A stretch of DNA of 10,813 bases from Promethearchaeota archaeon (lineage in GTDB: Archaea > Asgardarchaeota > Lokiarchaeia > Sigyniarchaeales > SOKP01), in assembly GCA_019058015.1 (NCBI GenBank), contig JAHLWH010000146.1:1-10813 (forward strand), written 5' to 3'. Positions 7,080 through 10,813 of this stretch are shown in pieces. A program made the position numbers and the translations under genes. Numbering within the stretch: the stretch's first letter is position 1; each line of letters starts with the position of its first letter. The notes beneath the pieces are model-generated. The model was not told the DNA's origin, made no database searches, and was given only the letters and a program-made list of their open reading frames with translations.

Positions 7080-7469
7080 ATGTTATTTCAAGCTGAAATT
7101 CCCTGGGGGGTCATAACTCCAATTCTTATTGTTACAATCGCTTCCGTAGTAGGGATGGTTCTACTAAAAGTAGGATTAAGTATAGTAAAAGCTGAAAAAA
7201 AAACAAGAATGAAAAATGTACTAATGTATTATTTCATTTATTTGGGAACAATTATGTTTATTTTGATGCAATTAATGTTTATTGAAATGAGAGGTTTTAA
7301 TATTGTTCCAATTCTTGGTCTTTCGATTCTTGCAGTCTTCATTGTGACAAATATGATTAATATTTTTCATGACACAGGAATTAAAAAGGCAATTTTTATT
7401 ACGGTTTTATTAATAATTCCTATTACAGTTGCAATGTCAATAATTGGCCCATTAATGGGAGAATTATAA
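7080..7469 (+). CDS. hypothetical integral membrane protein (about 4 TM helices)
   Basis: 129-aa ORF with four hydrophobic segments separated by short loops, two of them Lys-rich. AAGGA lies upstream of the ATG. Confidence 0.75.
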   Translation: MLFQAEIPWGVITPILIVTIASVVGMVLLKVGLSIVKAEKKTRMKNVLMYYFIYLGTIMFILMQLMFIEMRGFNIVPILGLSILAVFIVTNMINIFHDTGIKKAIFITVLLIIPITVAMSIIGPLMGEL

Positions 7470-7481
7470 AAAATTGGAGTT

Positions 7482-8459
7482 TTATATTATCCTTTTATTA
7501 TTCTGTTTTAATTTTTTATTAATGTCTTCCCTCATTTTCAATGCAACTTCACTTGCTGCTTTATCAAAATTTTCGGGAGAAAATTTTTTAGAATAATTCA
7601 GTTTCTGATATGCAAAATCAATGCTTCGAGATGAATTAATAATTGCTCCTAATCCATCGTCATTTACTCCATGAACCACGTCCTCCGCTGTAGCACCTTG
7701 TGTGTCATAACCCGGAATTAATAGAAAACAATTATCTATTATCTTTCGAATTGAGATCATCTGTTCAGGGAAAGTTGCTCCCACTACAGCGCCAAATGAG
7801 CTGTACTCATTTGTTCCTATTAATTCTTTACCCCACTCTTTAACTAAACGCGCCATATGAATAAAATTTCTCTCTAAAATTATTTTTTTTCCTTTAATTT
7901 TCTCAATCTCAATTGTAACTTGTTCAATTGGGATATTTTCTAAACGAATTGAGAATAAATCTTGAAATTCTGCAGAACTCTTATTTGAATTTTTAACTTG
8001 AGTAAAAAATCCTTTCTCTTTATAGGATAAAAATGGCTTAACACCGTCACTTCCAAAATAAGAATTTAGTGTTATTGAATCAGCATTATACCCCTCAAAA
8101 AGATTTGATGCATATACTTGACAGGTACTTCCAATATATCCCCTTTTTGCATCTAAAATAACTAATGAATTATTTTTTTGGATATATTTTATTGTTTTTT
8201 TTAATCCTGATAATGCCTCATATCTCTCATAAAAAGCTATGTTGGGTTTATAGATTGGAGTAAAATCAACTGTTGCATCAATTAATCTTTTATTAAATTC
8301 AAATATCACCTTGGAATTATCATTATATTCATCCACCAAAAATTGTGGAATATAAAACGTTTCTTTATTATCTGGTAGCCGAGGATCCAAACCGATACAA
8401 ATTATTGATTTTTTCTCCCGAATTTGTGAAATTAACTCATCCGCAAAATTCTTACCCAT
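7482..8459 (-). CDS. pyrF: orotidine-5'-phosphate decarboxylase (long subfamily-2 type) with a degenerate active site
   Basis: Motifs CIGLDP, YKPNIAFYE, ILDAKRG(Y)IGST, GAVVGAT, LLIPGY..QG, INSSR. The DxKxxD motif reads DAKRGY. Confidence 0.88.
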   Translation of the reverse strand: MGKNFADELISQIREKKSIICIGLDPRLPDNKETFYIPQFLVDEYNDNSKVIFEFNKRLIDATVDFTPIYKPNIAFYERYEALSGLKKTIKYIQKNNSLVILDAKRGYIGSTCQVYASNLFEGYNADSITLNSYFGSDGVKPFLSYKEKGFFTQVKNSNKSSAEFQDLFSIRLENIPIEQVTIEIEKIKGKKIILERNFIHMARLVKEWGKELIGTNEYSSFGAVVGATFPEQMISIRKIIDNCFLLIPGYDTQGATAEDVVHGVNDDGLGAIINSSRSIDFAYQKLNYSKKFSPENFDKAASEVALKMREDINKKLKQNNKRII

Positions 8460-8465
8460 AAAACC

Positions 8466-9803
8466 TCACTTTTCAAGTATATCCTCTAAAATCTTTCTAT
8501 TTAAATTTTTTAATTTAGGTGTTTCTTGAGTATTAGTGAGCAAATTTTTAATAGTTACAGAATTTCCTTCTTGTTCTTTTGGTCCAATTATTACAACTGC
8601 TTTACAATTTAATTCATTAGCTTTGCTTATTTGATTTCCCAACTTTCCACAAGAATAGTCAATAAGACATTCAAAACCCATTTTTCTAAGTATTTGAGAT
8701 AATTTAATGCTTAAAGGAGCAAGTTTCTCATTAAATGTTGTTATATAAATAATATTTGAATAATCTAACTCTTTTACATTCTCCGGAATCAATTTATAAG
8801 TTCGTAAAAATAATTTAAATGACAAGAGCCCCATCCCAAAACCAATCCCAGATATCTGTTCATTAGAAAATAAATTTAATAAATCATCATACCTACCACC
8901 GCCAAAAATAGACCTTCTATTTTCTTCTCCCATATCATATACTTCATAAACAGTTCCTGTGTAATAATCTAAACCTCTAACTACACCAGCTGAAAAGGTG
9001 CAATATTCTTCCAAATTTGTTTCTTTTAATAATTTTTGCAACTGTTTTATTTCTTTATATCCCTGAGAATTATAAAATTCATTTGGAATGTTATCATAAG
9101 GTAAATTCTCAATATCATCTATCTCATTTAATTGTAAAATATTCTTTACTAATTTATCATCTCTAAAAGTATCCATCAAGTATTTTTGGTATTCTTTCTC
9201 TTCCATTTTATCAGATTTATCAAGTGCCTTATAAACTTTCATATAAAAGGCATTAGGAATTTTAAGAATGAATTTAAAAATCGCATCAATTAAACGTCTG
9301 TTATTATAATATATTTGAAATTGATCTCTTGTTGCTCCAAATGACGTAAAAATATCTATAGATATATTAAATATTTCAACTTCTTCTAATAAACTAATCT
9401 CGCCTAAAATATCAAAATTAATTTGTTTAAAAGAGCGTGCTCGCCCTCTCTGTGGCCTTTCGTAGCGATAACAAGTTGGAACGCTAAACCAACGAATGGG
9501 CTTCTTCATTTCTTGACTTTTTCTTGATATCATTCGAGCTAAAGAAGGAGTTAATTCTGGTCTTAGTATTAATTCATCTCCACCTTTACTCGTAAAAGTA
9601 AATGATTGCTCATATATTAACTCGTCTGATGATTTTGCAGCATAAATCTCTATAGGTTCTAAAAGTGGAGTTTCAAATTCTTCATATATATATTTTTTAG
9701 AAATTTCCCTAATTTTATTAACTATATAATATTCTTCCCTCACATCAGGAGGGAAACGGTCTGCCATTCCTCTTAATGGCTGATTATTAAATTTTTCTTT
9801 CAT
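8466..9803 (-). CDS. hisS: histidine--tRNA ligase
   Basis: Motifs RGMAD, ETPLLE, LRPELTPSLAR, YRYERPQRGR, VRGLDYYTG, GGGRYD, GFGMG, and a C-terminal anticodon-binding domain (VVIIGPKE...VTIKNL). Confidence 0.95.
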   Translation of the reverse strand: MKEKFNNQPLRGMADRFPPDVREEYYIVNKIREISKKYIYEEFETPLLEPIEIYAAKSSDELIYEQSFTFTSKGGDELILRPELTPSLARMISRKSQEMKKPIRWFSVPTCYRYERPQRGRARSFKQINFDILGEISLLEEVEIFNISIDIFTSFGATRDQFQIYYNNRRLIDAIFKFILKIPNAFYMKVYKALDKSDKMEEKEYQKYLMDTFRDDKLVKNILQLNEIDDIENLPYDNIPNEFYNSQGYKEIKQLQKLLKETNLEEYCTFSAGVVRGLDYYTGTVYEVYDMGEENRRSIFGGGRYDDLLNLFSNEQISGIGFGMGLLSFKLFLRTYKLIPENVKELDYSNIIYITTFNEKLAPLSIKLSQILRKMGFECLIDYSCGKLGNQISKANELNCKAVVIIGPKEQEGNSVTIKNLLTNTQETPKLKNLNRKILEDILEK

Positions 9804-9836
9804 CTTAAGACTAATAATGAGAAAAAAACTATTAAA

Positions 9837-10799
9837 TTATGATATTTTTACTAAAATTTTAATTTCAGTTCTATCACTTTTTTTCGTTCTTTCTATTCCC
9901 TCCTGAACCTTCTCTAGAGGAATTATATCTGAAATCATTTTTTGTGTGTTTATCTTTTTATTTTTTATGAGTTCTATAGCTTCCAAAAAGTCTTTTCTGG
10001 TTTGACAATAGCTTCCCTTAACCACAATTTCATTATATACAATCATAAACATTGGTATTGGAATATTTCCTCTTTTAATACCCTCGAGTAATACCGTTCC
10101 ACCTTTTTCAACTAATTCTAGACTTAATAAATAAGAAGATTCTGTTCCAGCACAATCATATACAAAAGAACAAGCTCCATGCTCTCTTATAAATTTCCTA
10201 ATCTTTACTTTTTGTTTTGGTTTAAAACAAGCACTTGCTCCTAACTCCATTGCTTTATCAAGTAAACTTTGATTAAAATCTACCATTATTACATACTTAG
10301 GTTCTCTCGTTGCTAATAATACTTGCAATAAAGAGATTCCCATAACCCCACTCCCTAAAATAATAACTCCTTCATTTTTTCCTATTCCCGAAATATCTCG
10401 CGCATGAGTAAGGCACGATACAGGCTCTGCAAGACACATTTCTTCAAAAGTTATTTCATTTGGTTTATTCACTACATAACTCTCTTTTACTTTCATATAT
10501 TCAGCAAATCCACCATCCTCAACATTTCCGAAGTATTCTTGATTTGCCCAAGCCGAAACTGTGTCTCCTACTTGATAATTTTTGACATTCTCTCCAATTG
10601 ATTCTATAATGCCTGAAAACTCATGCCCCATAATTATGGGAACATTACCTAGTTGATAAAAATAGCTAGATACATCGGTTCCGCAAATTCCGCAGAATTT
10701 TACTTTTATTAAAATTTCATCCTTATCTGGAACTGGTTTAGGATAATCTTCAATTATTTTTATTTTTTCTTCTAATCCCTTAAAAACAGCCGCTTTCAT
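9837..10799 (-). CDS. zinc-dependent medium-chain dehydrogenase (threonine/sorbitol dehydrogenase-like)
   Basis: Catalytic-Zn motifs CGICGTD and GHEFSG, then GGFAEY, LAEP, Rossmann GSGVMG, and an Asp at the end of the second strand (VMVD) suggesting NAD(H). Confidence 0.88.
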   Translation of the reverse strand: MKAAVFKGLEEKIKIIEDYPKPVPDKDEILIKVKFCGICGTDVSSYFYQLGNVPIIMGHEFSGIIESIGENVKNYQVGDTVSAWANQEYFGNVEDGGFAEYMKVKESYVVNKPNEITFEEMCLAEPVSCLTHARDISGIGKNEGVIILGSGVMGISLLQVLLATREPKYVIMVDFNQSLLDKAMELGASACFKPKQKVKIRKFIREHGACSFVYDCAGTESSYLLSLELVEKGGTVLLEGIKRGNIPIPMFMIVYNEIVVKGSYCQTRKDFLEAIELIKNKKINTQKMISDIIPLEKVQEGIERTKKSDRTEIKILVKIS

Positions 10800-10813
10800 G
10801 AAAATTTTTATAC

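Noticed and set aside
8815-8850. HisRS motif 3 lacking the usual ER (GFGMGLLS) as a sign of inactivity
   Set aside because: The other HisRS signatures and the anticodon domain are intact, and some HisRS subgroups lack this Arg.
10404-10601. 65-aa plus-strand ORF
   Set aside because: Antisense to the dehydrogenase, with no independent support.
1-10813. Genome-wide TGA reassignment to Trp or Gly
   Set aside because: In-frame TGA occurs only in the two redox genes and only at Cys positions. The other eight genes have no internal TGA, and hisS ends at TGA at its expected length.
1-10813. CRISPR arrays, tRNA/rRNA genes (including tRNA-Sec) and mobile elements
   Set aside because: I saw no spaced repeats, cloverleaf-forming segments, transposase or integrase motifs, or terminal repeats.

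Overview
AT-rich archaeal window; gene content and selenocysteine usage point to an Asgard (Lokiarchaeia-like) genome, which is an inference. The main result is missed by the ORF track. The minus-strand ORFs 6305-6820 and 4934-6301 are one 655-aa heterodisulfide reductase subunit A gene (hdrA, 4934-6901) with two in-frame TGA codons. An unannotated 138-aa mvhD/vhuD gene (4513-4929) starts 4 nt downstream and has two more in-frame TGAs. All four TGAs sit at conserved Fe-S cysteine positions, so they are most likely selenocysteine. Immediately after the mvhD stop is a eukaryote-type SECIS hairpin (AUGA-N11-AAA...UGAC), the only one I can see for four Sec codons in two cistrons. Other genes: a 5'-truncated membrane-anchored M28 peptidase, an AMP-phosphorylase-like enzyme lacking its N-terminal domain, a SNAP/TPR-like plus Ig-like hypothetical protein, a cyclophilin-like-fold protein, a 4-TM membrane protein, and an adh-hisS-pyrF cluster whose PyrF has a substituted catalytic Asp.
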